A DNA stretch of 64,000 nt from Auanema rhodensis (taxonomy: Eukaryota > Animalia > Nematoda). The stretch is taken from the NCBI GenBank assembly GCA_964057225.1, contig OZ059899.1, forward strand, positions 11,780,001 through 11,844,000, in the 5' to 3' direction. The notes beneath the pieces are model-generated. The model did not search any database, had not been told where the DNA came from, and saw nothing but the letters and a program-made list of their open reading frames with translations. Made by a program: the position numbers and the translations under genes. This document shows positions 1 through 13,508 of the stretch, piece after piece. The first letter of the stretch is position 1. Each line of letters starts with the position of its first letter.

Positions 1-2966
1 TTGTCCATTTGTATCGCCAACAGCCAATTTGATGTTGATCGAATATGGTCAACAAGGATTAATTCCATATTAATCAAAAAAACTTTAATTTCTGAATTAT
101 ACAGAATTTTTCTTTGAATTTCCTGAAAAAACCCGAGATATTGAGATGCTTAACGAATTACTTTGATATCTTTCTGAATATTTTCATATCTTTCTCTTTC
201 ATTATCTCTCTATTTTCTCTCTTTCGATAACTTTTTTTTCTTTTTTTTTCTTATTTTCTACTCTTGTCTCTCATCGTTAACCTTCTATTCGCCTCAAGGT
301 GTTTCTTGAAGCGAAGAGAGTAAAAGCAAATGCGAGAGGAGATATACAACAGAGAGGGAGAGATTAGCAGATAAAGAGAAATAGTTAGACGAACTAAGAG
401 AGAGTGAAATAGAGTAAAAGAGGAAAAACGAAAAGAAGGATCTTCATCTAATGTTTCTATCTCTAAGCAAAAGGTTGATTGAAATCTAAAGAGAGCAAAA
501 CTAAAGAGAGAGGGAGAGAGAGAACACAAGAAAAGAGCTTAATCACAGAGTTGTGAACGACAGCTACTCCATCATTTCATCGTTATCCGTCCGTACATTT
601 TCCAATTTACAGATATTTTTTATCGTTTTAGTTGCCATAAATCTTTTAGCTTGATATTGCTCACAATTCATTGAAATCTCTCTAATTTCCATTGAACTTG
701 AACGCATCCAAATGAATCAAGAAAACTGAGATGAATGTGCTTTGAATGATGTTTCTCATCTCAATTCGAATGGCTTTTGCTCTAAACATCACCATATTGC
801 TCTTGTTATCATTATCATTAGTACTTCTTCTATCGTTCTTCTTCATTTTTCATCTTCATCTTCTTATGCTTCACTATTTGCTTAGAAGAAGCATTGGCAT
901 TGTCGATGATGATGACGACGACAAGCCGAGAAATGACAATTGTCACCGAAGAAGCCGAACAAGAAGAAAGTTCTTTTTTTTCTTCCAATTATCATCTGTC
1001 CTTCTGATGACGTCAGACTTCGTGAATTTCTCTTCATCAGCTCTCCTCTTTGCATTTGAGACTTTCAATAATGTCCACGGATGGAAAGAATAACAAGAAT
1101 GAAGTTTAAGACGTTTCACGTATTAATTCACGTGAGTACAACACGTTCGAGAATCGAATAGAATTACCGTAATCAAGTTAAAGCATCTTGTCTCAAGACA
1201 TTTACGACATTCATCCGGTTTAGAGGCCAAGTCAATTCAATTCTGAACTATTTTCCTCTGCGTTTTCCGTATTATTTCATCCTTTTTACCTTATTTGGCT
1301 CATATTTTCTAATTAACAATTGACTTCTAAACGCGTTTTCCAATCATTTATAAGTTCAATTCATTTCATATTCTTTTACGAATACTGTAACTTTATTCTA
1401 TAACTGTTCAACATCAAGTAATAATTTAATTTATTTTATTTGGTCCTAAATGGAAAAATTAAAAAAATTGAACGGAAAATTAAAATACATATCAAAAAGA
1501 TAACAGTTGTTTCAAAGAAAACTCACTGATCATCTTTTTTTCCATCATAATATCCCATTTCTCATTTCAGATTTTCCAAATTCTTAAATTAAAATTTCAT
1601 TTTCGTCCCAAAATCTTCAGAAAAAATTACTTCCTCATGTTGATTTTATCATGAAAATATATATTTATATGTTTTTATATTAATTTGTATTATTTCTGTG
1701 GTCTTTTTCAGTTGTAATACACACAAATCAATTTGAAAAAACGCTTTTGAAAAGTCGTATCCTTCCTTACCTTAGTCCTTTCTTCCTTTTCTTTCCCATC
1801 TTCTTCTCTCCGTTTTTCATAATATCTCTTTTTATCTTTTTTTTCTTTTTAATGAGACCTACCCCTCTGAATAATCGGCTCTGATTCATTTATTTTTCTT
1901 CAAATTTCAAAGAAAATTTTGCATATTTTAATCCATTAAATTTTATATTTTGTCATTAAATTGACAATATTATGTCTATAAATCTCGTTATTTTCTTTTT
2001 TTTCATTCAAATCTATCAAGTCATATAAGAAACGATGATAACTGGCTTATATGTTATTCCTTACTCAGGCTTCATCAATGACATCTGCCATATGGAGGAT
2101 GTTCTCTATAGAGAAGCTTTAAAGATAGCTTTCAAGTGAGATAGAGAAAGAGGGAGAGAGAGAGAGAGTCATGGACAGACGTTAGATGTGAAAGCTCATG
2201 AAAGCATTAGAGAGAACCTTTTGTGGGCGTGTCCAACTTACTATCCTTGTATTCAGTAGTTTCTTTTTATGGTTCGTCATCATCAGCCTCAAAGAATTAT
2301 TGGAGCTTCCTATACCCCCACCTCCCCCTCCCCCCTCACCACGCGTCTTTCACGTATTTCTAGACTCAAATAAGCATAAGCCTTTTAAGACTTTTTCAAG
2401 TTTGTTCTAAATAAGCTTATACTATTCGTCAACATAGTTGTGATCTCTTTGACTATAATCAGTAAGAAGCTGTTTAACAGTGGACTATCATCGAATATCT
2501 TACTTTCCTTTATATTCTTCAGTAATTCTTTCTTGTTTTTTGATTTCAATTCCTCAATTTCAAATTTCTTTTCGCTTTTATTTATATTTGATGCTTTATA
2601 TCATTAAAAGCTATTAAATCAACTATCAAATTTTCTTGATAATGACCTCTCTCTCCCTCGCTCTCTCTGTCTGTCTCTCTCTCTCTCTTCGTTGCTTTAA
2701 CTTTCATTCTTCTCTGCCTACCTTTTGCTCTCAGATATTCTTCATTTTTATTTTCTAAAAATCATTTTGATCATTCTAAATGACCGAAATCACCTGAAGA
2801 GACCTGACGTTCATTTCTGAAAGTGTAAAAGCTAAGAGTTAGATCTTCATTGTCGTTTAGAATGTCCTCAAGGCATTTTCAGCTTCATCTGCCTACCTCA
2901 TCAAAAGCTGACGTTTTCAATAGTTTTTTTGTGTGTATATGTGTATACTAGAAAAGCCATTTGATT

Positions 2967-2973
<7 letters not shown>

Positions 2974-3022
<49 letters not shown>

Positions 3023-3038
3023 ATCTCTTTCTCTCTCT
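2974..3038. repeat. (TC)n microsatellite
   Basis: Direct reading. Confidence 0.9.
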
Positions 3039-3821
3039 AGATTTCTTTGATAGAACATTAGAAAAGAAATTTTTAGAGAAAAGTATTAAAGTGATAATAG
3101 TTATTGAATATGACATACTTAAAAGCTTTTCTTATAATAAAAACTTATCTTTATCTCTCATCCTTATACTATATTCCATTGTCTTTTCACAATAATTATC
3201 AGAAAGTCATAAGAATTAAGAAAAAAAGAAGAGAAAACTGAAGAAAGCCATCACAGATCCTGTAAAGACATGGTGAAGGGGGCAAGTGAGAAGCTTCTTC
3301 TAATCAGCGTCGCCTGTTATCATATCAGCTGTCATATCGTCTTCTTCGATATCCAATGCTGGTCCTTTACCTTTTTTCCTCTCAAGATATAGTTGAACCA
3401 GCTTCTTAAGCTCTGTCACTTCATATCTCTCAATATTCTGTTTTTCTTCATAAATTGTCTTTGCAAATCCGAAAGTATAGATTCTCAGATCAAATATCTG
3501 TCAGAAGTTTGTGTCTTTATGTAATCAAACTACATTCAATTCAAGAATTTTTCTTCAAATTCATATTTCAACCATTTTTTTTCCCTAAAAACCTATTAAG
3601 TTTGTTATATCCATCCTTTATCTACTACCATTTTACACCATCTGGTCGCAATTAGCTACTGCCTTCTTCAACATTCTCAGAGCACTTTTCAACTTTTCAA
3701 CTTTTCGATTTTTCATTTTTATTTTCGTTCCGATTAAAAAAATTATTTTATATCTTGGAAAACTTTGATTTTCTTCTCTTTAGCTTCTAAACTGTTATCA
3801 AATTTCTATATTTTTAGGGAA

Positions 3822-5953
3822 ATGTCACTGAGGATAGACGAAAACCACACACAGCTTTTCAATACTCCACTTAGTCTGAGCACCCGAAATGACGATAACA
3901 CGACTGAGCCCGGCACGGCGAATGAGGTCAGAACCCTAAATTTCGGGATTTTTTTCCTTTTTGTCCGTTGCTTTTGTATCTTTCTTCTTTTGATATTTGA
4001 TGAAAATCATTTGAGTTGTTTCATTGTCATTGTCGGTCAGTAAAACAAAACTGTTTTCCGGCGGTACCGGAAATTGAAGAAAATCGAAGCAAAAACCGGT
4101 CTTGATACATTGAATTCAGAAGCATAATGAGCTTGAAGTTTATAGAAGATTCTTGCTTGCTTCCTTGCCTGCTTCGGTTTGAATTGAAGTCCAATGAATC
4201 TGTGAAGAACATGTGTTTCAGCTTAAATGCAAACACAAATATGAGAAAAATTATGAAAAGGAAAAGAAAAATAAAGGGAAAACTAAATAAAGATTCAGAA
4301 TTTTAAAATTATTAGAGAATAGTATCGCAAAATATTTTTTTTTCATTTTTCAGGACAATAATGGAGCAGCAATTTCTCCAGAACCCAATGTAAATTCGTT
4401 TGATCTGGAAGAACAACAGAGAGTCTTTCAACGATTCACTAATAGTTTAGGAGGTAAAAAACTTTCTTTCCAATTTTTAATTTAAAATTTCTTTTTTTTT
4501 TGAAGCTTTGGGTGGATTTCGTACACCTTTCAATCTTCATATGTTACCAAATATTTTGGCTAGCATGCAGCAAAATCAGCTTTCACTTCAGGTATGTGTA
4601 TTACTATCATGTATAGATGTTTTTCAATTAAAAATTATTCAGAATAAACTTCTTGGTCTTTCCGGATCAGGAGTATCACCGGGTCCTGAAGATGATGAAG
4701 ATAATGAAAATGGAACTAGTAACAATGATGGAGAAGAATTATCTGTTGTGTATGATTCATTAATATTCAGCTGATATTCAACTGATATCTATTTAGAAAA
4801 GATTCCAAATCAGAAGAAAATCTTGCAGAGAATGGCTCCCAACCAGGAGGAGGTGGTCCAACCTGGTCTTATGAAGAGCAATTCAAACAAGTTAGTTCAA
4901 AGTTCAAATTTCAACTAACGATAGATGGAAATTTGTAGCTATTTCGATGAGCTTAAACAAAATTTTAATTATATTAGATGTTTCTCGTAACTATTTCAAG
5001 TATTTGTAAGAAAAACTATTCTTTTTGCCCATCCTTTCGAATTAGTTTTTTTTTTCATAAAAATTCGTCCCATAACGAAATTTTAGAAAAAAAATTTAAT
5101 TTTAAAATTCCAAGAATTGCCTGTTTGTTAGTGTATGTATGAGATAGTTAGGAAGGGTATAACATATAAATATACTATATATATATAGTATATTATTACT
5201 TCAAAATATTATGATGGGAAAGGGAAAAATATAACAAAAAAATCTTTTATTCTCTCCATTCATGTACATATGTATGTATTTCAAACTTATTTGGCCTTAG
5301 TAGTCTTAAAACTAAAAAATAGACAAATAAGCTTAAATAATTATGTATATTCATTCAACATTACCGTAATATGTGTCTTCTTTTCTGGACGACTGGCTCC
5401 TAATTGAGAGCCACTATTGCGTGTCGATTCCATCCATATCCATCACCCCCCCCCCTACCACCACCATGACTCTTATGACTACCGTAATCCAATGAGATCT
5501 CTTTCTCTCTATTTCTCTGTTCACCTAACATGTATCTCATTCTTCTTTCAATATTTCAGAATCTTTCCTTGAAATATAGAAGACTTTAGTTATGTCTGGA
5601 TTATTTGAGCTGGTTTGCTAGCTAATCGCTATTGTTTTGTCGTTGAAATCGTGGCAAACGTGAAGTATTCACGAATCTTTTTGTCGACTTACCGCCTTTT
5701 ATAGACCTAATAGAGACTTAGAATAAAAGAGAGAGAGCAGGAAAAATAAAGAGAGCAAAAAGAGAAAATAGAAGAGAGGAGAAAGCAAAAAATGGCGATG
5801 TTGAAGCTTTTAAGTTTAAAAACGAAGAAGAAAAATGCTTTATTTTACTAATAATTGCATTTGTTTATAGAATGTATTAAAGAATTTTTGAATTTTTCAT
5901 CAAGTGTTGAATATAAAGAGGGAGAATTAGTGGACAAAGAGAGAGATAGAGAA

Positions 5954-6016
<63 letters not shown>

Positions 6017-9000
6017 AAAAGATGTAGAAGGGCTTGGGAAGAATTTGGTAATGATTCATATGGTTATCCTAAAACTATTGTCTCCACTCCATATAAGAGT
6101 CATATATACATATATAGAGAGAGAATCGTATGACTTTAGCTGTAAAGAGTGGTATGTTCTATTGTCTTTAGCATGAGGTACGTATTTGAAATATTTAGAA
6201 GCTAATGAAATAGATTGAGATGCTATATGTTAGAGAGAATAGAGTAGGGAAGAAGAAACATTGAAAAGGTCGAGGAGACGTGGGGATGATGATCTCAGCT
6301 GGACTACTCATTCTACCTTTATCTATTCAGATGTCTAATTACTTGTTATTGCTTGTTGTAGTGAAATATAAGAGAATATGCTTCAGAGGGAGGGAGAGAG
6401 AAAGATAAAGAGAGAGAGAGAGAGGATGGTAGAAAGGATAAATTACCAAAACATATGTACAGCATTATTGTGATTTATGAAAATTCTTTTATGGAAATAT
6501 ACAATCTGTCAACAATCAACCGGTTGTAATCTCATCAACCTCTAATTAGCTGAGCATCGTATTCTCATGATTCTTTTGATTTTTGGCTTTTTACGTCAAT
6601 TGTTCTACAAGAGAGGAATAATCTTTTATTCTAAAAAAGAAATGTTAGACCAATGATTACTAATAAGACATTATAAGTAATTCTGAAAAAGGAAGAAGAA
6701 CGGGATATGCCCAAAATCCTGAAGATGCTTCATCTTACTCTCACAATTCTCATTGAAGAGCTCTACTTCACATCAGGCAATAAGACGATGTGTAGAGACC
6801 TTTATCCTTTACATCTTGCCACATTCGGTTTGTTCTTGAGACAAGGTTCTCTCTCTCTCATTCTCTCTATTCTATTACCGTATACTAAATTGATAGATAT
6901 AGACGAGTATGGAAGAGAATATATAAGAATGAGAGAAAAAGGATGTCTTTTACTCTTTTCTATATATCTTTGCTTCAATTATTGTGAGAACTAATTGATG
7001 TATTCTGTCGTTATTCTCCAGAGGAATTAGAGGCAAAGTACCTCGCCTGCTGCTTCTGCTTGTGTTGCAGTCCAGAGCCAGCTAACTAATTCATATTTCA
7101 GTTATGCCTTTTGTCGTTGTCATATTCTTCTTCGTCTTCATCTTCTTTACTGGCTTTTAGCTCATCGATAACTAAATTGAACATAAGGGATTTACATATG
7201 TATAATTGACAGAGAAGGGAAAAAAAAGTTTTTTTTCTCTCTCCACAATAATTGAATGGGAAAATTGATTGATTATTGAAAACTTAACTATAAATTTAAT
7301 AAAATATAGTTAAAGAATATAAATATATCTGTCAATTAATGTTTATTGTTGACGTCTAACCAATTATTACCGTAATCCAGATGATGAAGATGATGAAAGT
7401 ATGAGATAGATGTCACTTGTATGAGGTTAAAGGGGGGGATGGGCACAGACCTAGTGTCTGGTAGTAGTAAATGGATAGAGAGAGAGAGAGAGAGAGAGAG
7501 AGTGTATAGTTAACTAAGAGATATATAGAGAAAGGTAGAGATAAATGGTTATTCTTGTGTTAGAGACCATATGTGAAAGACAATAGATAGCTACAATGTT
7601 CCATGAGACAGGAATAATTTCTAATTAGCTATAAGTTAATTGAAAAGAAATTGGAACTACAACTAGAGAAGTATTGTAAAAAGTCATTTATTTTCTGACA
7701 TTTGTTGCTTTTTCATTGTAAATGAGTGAAAAGGATAATATTCATTTACTTAAACCATACATATGGTCATTTCATATAGTTATTGAATAGTTAATATAAT
7801 TCTTTCAGCTCTATGAGTTATCTGATGATGTTAAACGAAAGGAATGGCTAGATGATTGGCTCAGTTTTATGCATCGAATCGGTTAGTTATATGATATAGG
7901 AATTGGTTTTTTTGTGTTTAAGAGGTTAAGATTGATATAAGAGGATAACAAACTAGACAACTTGAAGTTGAATATGAGGTTAAAGCTTAAGAATATCTTC
8001 TTCTTCTTCTTCTTCTTCGACAGATAGATAGATGATAGTTAGATGGTATTGTTTGTAAAATACATAATCAGAACAGATAGTTAAGTTAAGTGTCAACTTA
8101 GAATGATATGTGTATATATTACGTCAAAATATATAAAGAAGAAGAAGAAGAAGATAAAGATGATGATGATAATGAGTGAAAAGAAGAAATATTTGTCTCA
8201 AAAGCTCATATAGAGTGGATTGGTACACATGTATCAACATATATTTATATATTATATCATATAATATAAATACAATACATTTCCTTACATAATAAGAAAA
8301 ATAGGGAGAAAGTTTTGAATAAAAAAAAACTTTAATAGCATCACGTGTTTGTGTATGTTTTGAAGTATTTTCACCTATTTATACCTTATTGTTGTTGATT
8401 TTAATTATAAATATTATTTTATACTTATAGTTAAAATAAATTAAAATAATATTGGAATGAGGGAAGGAAATAAATTCAAACAAAATAGAGAAGAAATAGA
8501 GTAAATAGATTTGAAATAGAAAGAAAAATTGAGAGAAAAGAATGATCGCAACCTCAACTGATTCTGATTAAGACGATTGTTTGACATGTTGTTCGCGCAG
8601 TTCTACCTCTCTGTATAGCTCTATCTCTCCATCTTTTCGTTCTTAATCTAATACAACTCATCTTTTCTCAACAAATTATACACATTGAGACTATTACAAG
8701 GAAAAGGGGACATTTTTATTTTCTGTAAGCAATAAAATATTGAGAAAATAATATAATATTATATGATATAGTTAAGAAGTTTGAAATTAATATAATATTT
8801 ATTTGATTATGCGTATTTAACGCACAAGTGCATATGTATTTGCGTGTTCAACTCATTAGGTTTACACGTTTACGTAAATTTCACGTGAAACTAAGTTTTA
8901 TTTTTATTTTTAATAAACGATGATGCGGTTGCAATTTTTTAATTTCAAATTTGAATATACACATATCTTCAATAATTTTTGCTATTTTTCAGGAAAACCG

Positions 9001-10353
9001 GTAACACGTATTCCTATAATGGCAAAACAGGTATGAATCATTTTAACTATATTATTTTATATATTTTTATATATAAAATATTATTTTTTATATATTATTT
9101 ATTATAGGTTTTGGATCTCTATGAGTTATATCGACTGGTTGTTCAACATGGTGGTCTTGTTGAAATAATCAACAAGAAATTATGGCGTGAGATTACAAAA
9201 GGTCTTAATCTTCCATCCAGTATCACATCAGCTGCATTTACATTGAGAACACAGTATGTCTTTGAATAATATTTATAATTATTATAATAATATGTATATA
9301 TTATTATTAATTTTATATATATTTAGATATCAAAAATATTTGTACGATTATGAATGCGAGAAAGAAGGATTATCAAATCCATCCGATTTACAAGCTGCAA
9401 TTGATGGCAACAGGCGAGAAGGAGGAAATAGTAATATTCTATTTATTATATGTATAATCTTGTTAATTATTTTATTTTTAGGTCGACGAACCACGAATCC
9501 ACCGAGTTTTGGACCACTTGGCTACCCGATAGGACATCCAGCTGGAATAAATCTTCTTGGTAAGCATTTGTCCGGATTAGGAATGCGTAATGGTACGGAT
9601 CGTGCACCGGATCCCCTTCATCCGTAGATTATAAAAATAATTTTTCAGATTTTCTCGATGATGATAATGGCATGGGTATGGTATCACAGAACAGTTTCTT
9701 ATCCGCTTATCAACAAGTCGAACAGATGGCTTTACTTGATGCTCAAAAACGACAACTTGAACGAGCACAAAGGTAAAATCTAAATCCAATTTTTATGAAA
9801 AAATGAAAGAAATTTCATTTTATTCTCTAATTATTAAATATATTCACATTGTGTTATAGTGATTACAGGGCTGCTGTGGAAGCTGCCGCTAGGCAAAGCC
9901 TTGGAGGTGCTACTGCTGGTATTTCTGGCCGTGAATCAACATCAAGCATGGATTCGGAATCAGTGCCAGGTAATAACTCATTGATAATTGGTAAAACACA
10001 ATAAATGATTTTCAGCTAAACGATTGCGATTAAGTGATGATGTAACAGGTTCTCTCTCTGTCGGCGGTCAAATGAAAATAACTACACGAAAGCCCGGTAT
10101 ACTCTTAGGTCATCTCATTCGTTTCATAAAGAAATTCATTTCAGAAGGACAACATGGTGACAATTCTATTGTCGTCTCCATGGAGATCAATGGAATAACG
10201 TATCAAGGAGTTTTGTTCGCATTGGATTCATCTAATGATCCAACAAGTCAGACGCCAACATGCCCACCGTCTATCACCACATCGACGCCTTCCGGAGGGA
10301 CAGCTACGGCTACAGCAACAATTACCACAACAAGTAGCTCAAAGAGCGATTAG
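3822..10353 (+). CDS. cfi-1: ARID3/Dead ringer family transcription factor (multi-exon)
   Basis: Spliced exons give MSLRIDE... (ATG 3822), NVNSFDLE, WSYEEQFKQ|LYELSDDVKRKEWLDDWLSFMHRIG|KPVTRIPIMAKQ|VLDLYELYRLVVQHGGLVEIINKKLWREITKGLNLPSSITSAAFTLRTQ|YQKYLYDYECEKE (ARID domain) and the REKLES-type VSMEINGITYQGVLFA; stop at 10351-10353. Large introns at about 4891-7808 and 7882-8992. Confidence 0.95.
5938..6012. repeat. (GA)n microsatellite in a cfi-1 intron
   Basis: Direct reading. Confidence 0.9.
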
Positions 10354-10892
10354 ACGAAGCTGGGACTTCAAGAAGGGAAAAGCCTCTTCTAATTCATAAT
10401 TAATGTCTGTAAAATTCATAAAACTAAACGAAAACAAATGAACTTCGATGTTCCTGTAGTTCGAAGAATTCAATGACCAACTAAGGATTGAAAGTTCTGT
10501 TTTCACACACTTCTTCGAAATAATTTTTTTTGGGTAGCGCTTTCCTGTTTTCCCCTCATCGAACTAGTCAATTATTATTATTTTTTTAAGAAAAACAACA
10601 AACTTTCCGTCTTTTTTTGATTTTCTTTTGTTATTCAATATAATCATCAATTGTTCAATTTTTGTGAACTTTCAAACTCAATATAGACTTCAAATTGATG
10701 TCTGAAACATTTTTTTTGTTCGTTTTAACCCAGCTTCTTAGCCTATTATATGAATTTACCCAATATCTTTATCGTTTTCTTATTATTATGTACGTTTAGT
10801 AAGGCATTTGGACTGATGAAATGCTTTAAATTCAATCCGTTTCAAAAATGAATTTTGTTTTCTGGAAACGTGCCTATCTTGGAATATATACT

Positions 10893-10940
<48 letters not shown>

Positions 10941-13133
10941 CTTTTTACTAATCGAACGCTATTCCTCTGTTTTTCCCTGAACTATGAAGCGTATTCAATG
11001 CGATCCTTCGATCACAAAATCAAGATCTGTCCTTTCTATGATTTCTAGTTGTGAGCTTATCCCATTTTTGGTGAATCTTATAATTTCAATTTTTTTTGTT
11101 TCTACGAAATCGTTCCGGTTTCTAACCCTAGTCCAACTTTATTTTAATAAGTTTCCATATAATCCTAATAACAACCTTTTCCATATTCATGAGCTGTTCC
11201 AATTTAGAAGATGGACTTCTATTGGATTTTTTTCTTTTTTTTCTTTCTTATTTAGTTAGTACGATTCGAGCAATCCAAGTCTACTCCTCTATGTGCATTA
11301 TTGATATTAATATTGCGAAAAATAAATATTTTTCTTAATTTCTATTGAATGATAATCATAAATTTTCAAAGTTCAAATGAAAGAAAATCAAAATCGTTTC
11401 TGCAGTTTCAGAATTCTCATGGGTATTCACAGCTTCTTTCGTTCTTTGTGAATTTCATCGCTGAAGTTCTATATACTCGGAGTTAATGTCTTAAGGAACG
11501 GCCAAATTATTCCGGGCTGCTCTGTGAACGATCACCAGTGACTGCGCGTAGTGATTGATGATATCTCTGGCACTGCTTCAGATTGACTTAAGAAAGCCAT
11601 CCCCTAACGATAGTATTTTCCCAGATGAGCAATATGTCTGAATATTTTAATCTCTATAAGAGTTGCAATATCGTTCAGGTAGTTTTTATGGCTTCTAGAG
11701 TGTCCAACCATTAACGTTAGTTTCACAAGTCATTTCATCTGCATCCATGTTATCTTCCGTCTTTGTTACAAACTTTTTCAAATTTTCAAATAACAAAGGA
11801 ATAATCAACCTGTCTCTCACTTCATTAGCATTCCTGCAAAACGGCACTTCAGACGATGCAGTATAGCAGCAAGACTTCAAAGCGTCGAGCGGTTTCGTTA
11901 GCTTGATGACATTGGCACGTGCCACGGTTTCTTTTCTATTGAGAAACATATTTCTTGTTGATAATCCAGTTCTTGCCAACCAAGCTTTTCTCGACAAACA
12001 GATCGAAAGCGTATTTCCCTCATTAGATGAGACATGGAAGAAGTTGTCTTACAGTATTGGAATACAAATTCATTTATTTTCTTCAATTCAAACAAAAATA
12101 AAAATAGTCTATAGTATATATTAATTTTTATAAAATAAACTATAATATAATATATAAATTGAATAAATTATTTTAGAAAAATATAACAAATCTAGAAAAT
12201 TATTTGGAAATTATGATATAAGTACACATATACATAAGTATTCTATCAGTCTAAGAAACTCATAAATAATGAGAAGATGAAGCTAGTTTAAGCCTATGAT
12301 TTTACTTTTATTTCATTTTTTTTATTAAAAACAAAACAAAATTGTTTTCTACTTTTCTTATTTATTTTTTGACATTTTTATAAATTTACGTGACATTTTC
12401 AAAAGATTACGTGTAAAACGTGAATCTTTCTCACCCACGTCGTTTTATGTGAACCGCCCATTTTGAATATTTCATAAAAATTTGACGTATAAATTGGTTG
12501 TTCTAATTTAATTTTTTTTTTAAAATAAAATAATTTTATACATAATATTTAATTTTTACTTTATATATTTATATAAAAACATAACAAATCATTTATTCTA
12601 CAATGTTTATCATACAACGAAAATATAAATTTCAAAATATGAAAACTATTTGATTAATTGATGATTTCATTTTTTATTTAAAAAAAAAACAAAAAAAGAA
12701 TAATATAAAACATCTAAGAGAAGAAAATCCAAATACATCTTATGATTCAAGTAGACTAGATCTTTGAGAACATTTCTTTATATCAAGTTCGCTGTAATAG
12801 TTATTTGGAGAATTAGAATCATCCTTTAATGAACTTGGATTAAAAAGAATTATTTTCATTAATTTTTAAATGTTTTGTTGTTGTTAAGAATACCCGCACT
12901 CAGCTGTATTTTTTGAGAAAAAAAGAAGAGAAGATGTTTACCAATATGCTCATGTATATGTGCATACATGTGCATATTGGCCCAAAAAAATGCTGTTAGT
13001 TTACAGAAGAATATCTGTTTCAAATGATTCTTTTGAAGTTATGCTATTATTAGTGTTAACTATATCATTTGCTTTTTTGTTCCGAGCATAATTATAGTTA
13101 AGAAATGCTCATATATACAGGAGGTTCATAGTA

Positions 13134-13466
13134 TTAGTTTGTCAAAGGACAATTTGTCAGAAGAGTTTCCGATGTCTGAAAGAAAAGTTTAAAAAACGCC
13201 TAAAGAACTTTGAACTTACCGGCATCTGAGCTTGAACTAAATGAGCTTTTTGCCTTTTCAATTCTTCTTTGATCAAAGCTTAAATTATTATTATTTTCAA
13301 TAATCTATAGAATAAAGAATAACAAACATGTGAGTATTGTTCCAACAAGTAATACTGTGGTCATTATTATATTACACCAGAATATACTTATACCATGCAT
13401 TACATATCCCATTAGAAGAGTTAATATAATTCCAAATATCTTAAAAAAATATATTTTTATTATTTA

Positions 13467-13508
<42 letters not shown>

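Noticed and set aside
251-3655. ORF-track entries rich in Leu/Ser/Phe or Arg/Glu (also 5855-6133, 16184-16690, 19713-20021, 29306-29519, 31438-31686)
   Set aside because: They are translations of (GA)n/(TC)n and AT-rich low-complexity DNA, with no splice-consistent gene model or motif.
11870-11900. FKASSGF on the + strand, resembling the pogo/CENP-B HTH motif FKASxGW
   Set aside because: The key Trp and the downstream DDE motifs are absent; the match is too short to support a call.
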